DNA of 63,906 nucleotides, filler included, from Folioceros fuciformis (Eukaryota), in NCBI GenBank assembly GCA_049999805.1. It is 13 parts of 13 records of this genome, joined end to end, with 100 filler letters (N's around TTAATTAATTAA, not from the genome) between each part and the next. Parts side by side here need not be neighbours in the genome. Positions count along the whole stretch, not along the records: positions 62,283 to 63,906 come from JBNGIO010004861.1; 12 more parts are not named here. The stretch is one strand, 5' to 3'. Below are positions 62,283-63,906 of the stretch, piece by piece (position 1 is the first letter of the stretch; each line of letters begins with the position of its first letter). The position numbers were made by a program, and so were the translations under genes. The notes under the pieces are model-generated. The model saw only the letters and a program-made list of their open reading frames with translations, was not told the origin of the DNA and did no database searches.

Positions 62283-63370
62283 CTTGTTTTGTGTAGTGTA
62301 TTCCATGGCTCGCTGTGCCCTTTAGATATCGCAGGATCCTCTTGGCCGCTGACCAATAAGGATGGCCGAGATTAGAGAGAAATTGGGATACAACTGAGGT
62401 GGCAAAAGCTATGTCTGGTCTGGTCCATGAACTTAACCACAGTAAGCATCCTACAAGCATCCTATAGGGAACCTTAGCCATCTCATCTATTTCTGCTTGG
62501 CTACTAGGGCACTGATCTTGAGTAAGGACAACTCCCACTGCCGCTGGAGTTGCTGTTGGCTTGGCACCTCTCATGTTAAACTTATCTAAAAGTCTCTCCA
62601 CATAGTGCATTTGATGAAGGGTAACGTCACCAATTTGTTTGTTGATTAGAACCGGCACTCCTAAGAAAAACTTGCACTGCCCAAGGTCAGTCATCTTAAA
62701 TTCTGATGACAAAATGCGCTTGACCTCTTCAACAATTAGCATAGAGGACCCTATGATAAGGGTATCGTCCACATAAACAGCCAAGTAGGCTACCTCACTG
62801 CCCTTTGTGTAGACATAGACACTTCCATCTGCTGCTGATTGATTAAAACCATGCTTCAAAAGAAAGGTGTCCAAACGTCGATTCCATCCCCTTGGTGCTT
62901 GCTTCAAGCCGTATTGTGTCTTCTGCAATCTGCATACTCGCTTCGGATACTTTTTGCTGATAAAACCTTCTGGTTGATGTATGTAAATGGTCTCCTCCAG
63001 CACTCCGTTCAGGAATGCCGTTTGGACGTCCATCTGATGGACATGAAGCCCCTTTAAGGCTGCAATGGCCAGCAATGTTCTCACAGAAGAAGATCGCACC
63101 ACTGGTGAGAACGTCTCATTGTAGTCTATTCCCTCACGCTGAGAGAAACNNNNNNNNNNNNNNNNNNNNNNNNNNNNNNNNNNNNNNNNNNNNNNNNNNN
63201 NNNNNNNNNNNNNNNNNNNNNNNNNNNNNNNNNNNNNNNNNNNNNNNNNGATTCGAAATTGGCACCCTTCCTGGTGGCAAATCCTCTAGCACCCAAGTCT
63301 CATTCTCCACCAGCAAATTGAATTATGATCTTATGGCCTCTTGCCACTTCTCCTTTTCTACAGATGTAAT
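62283..63370 (-). mobile_element. pol: Ty1/copia RT, spanning the N gap
   Basis: ENETWVL..LPPGR, MDVQTAFLNG, YGLKQAPRGW, YVDDTL, TRPDI, KRILRYLKGT. Confidence 0.95.
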
Positions 63371-63598
63371 TGTAGGAGGGTTTTAGGTTAAGTAGTTTGA
63401 TTATATATACAACCCGCGCTTTAGGGTTAGATAAAGTTAGGTTTAATAGTCGTTATTTGACAAGTCGTTATAACGGTTGCCGCGTGAACCGTGGAGTCAC
63501 CTTCGAGTGACTATGTAAGGCACACTTGTGCCACATTCTTCAGTTCTAATTTCCTATCCACTATGTGCATTTTCTAGTCTGCTTCTTGATATCAGAGC
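63371..63598 (+). mobile_element. Short nested 5' LTR (63371-63586) plus mutated iMet PBS
   Basis: TGTAGG start at the break in host coding, TATATATA at ~63402, TGATATCAGAGC at 63587-63598; no clean terminal CA. Confidence 0.7.
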
Positions 63599-63906
63599 TG
63601 ACGCCAAGGCGTTGAAGTGATCCACCCGCCTTCTGTCAAGAAGATCCAATTTTCTGGACAGAATGCAAATGGATTGCTTCAATACCCTGCACAGGTGTTA
63701 GTAAATGGAGTAGAAACGAGCCATGCATCTTCTAAGGCGGGCTCGAATTGCTGCAGGAAGAACCTCCAAGACGTCGGCAATGCGTGCCTTGTGATGCTCC
63801 AGAATCTGGACAGCGACGGTGGTTACAGATGTGGTGTCGTGCTGAATTGCACACAAGCGAGTGTGATTCGAGGCAGCAGTGAAGTTGCCGGCGATGGAGT
63901 GCGTAC

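Overview
This is repeat-saturated eukaryotic nuclear DNA, almost certainly from a plant or streptophyte: it carries iMet-primed Ty1/copia and Ty3/gypsy elements, L1-clade LINEs and an At4g10955-like class-3 lipase. The species cannot be determined by eye. The window is not one locus. It is 13 short contigs joined by twelve artificial 100-bp spacers (N44-TTAATTAATTAA-N44), plus one plain 100-N gap, so adjacency across spacers means nothing. It contains about a dozen decayed or truncated copia internal regions, a chromovirus pol with its 3' LTR, non-chromovirus gypsy pieces, several nested LTR ends, two divergently oriented LINE copies, a stack of five minisatellites, DNA-transposon-like segments with a 22-bp palindrome, and one cellular pseudogene. 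I see no prokaryotic system, CRISPR array, rRNA or tRNA gene, and I cannot establish a genuinely new system from sequence alone. The best leads are: (1) copia elements carrying extra ORFs, both 5' of gag and antisense in a 3' UTR; (2) ACGGTT/AACCGT MYB-type sites, often as inverted pairs, in four different short copia LTRs; (3) a gypsy-like family with a conserved LTR hairpin, an upstream ORF joined to gag by TGATG, and a ~850-codon accessory ORF; (4) a lipase with an unrecognised C-terminal domain. All family assignments are from motif recognition by eye, not database searches.
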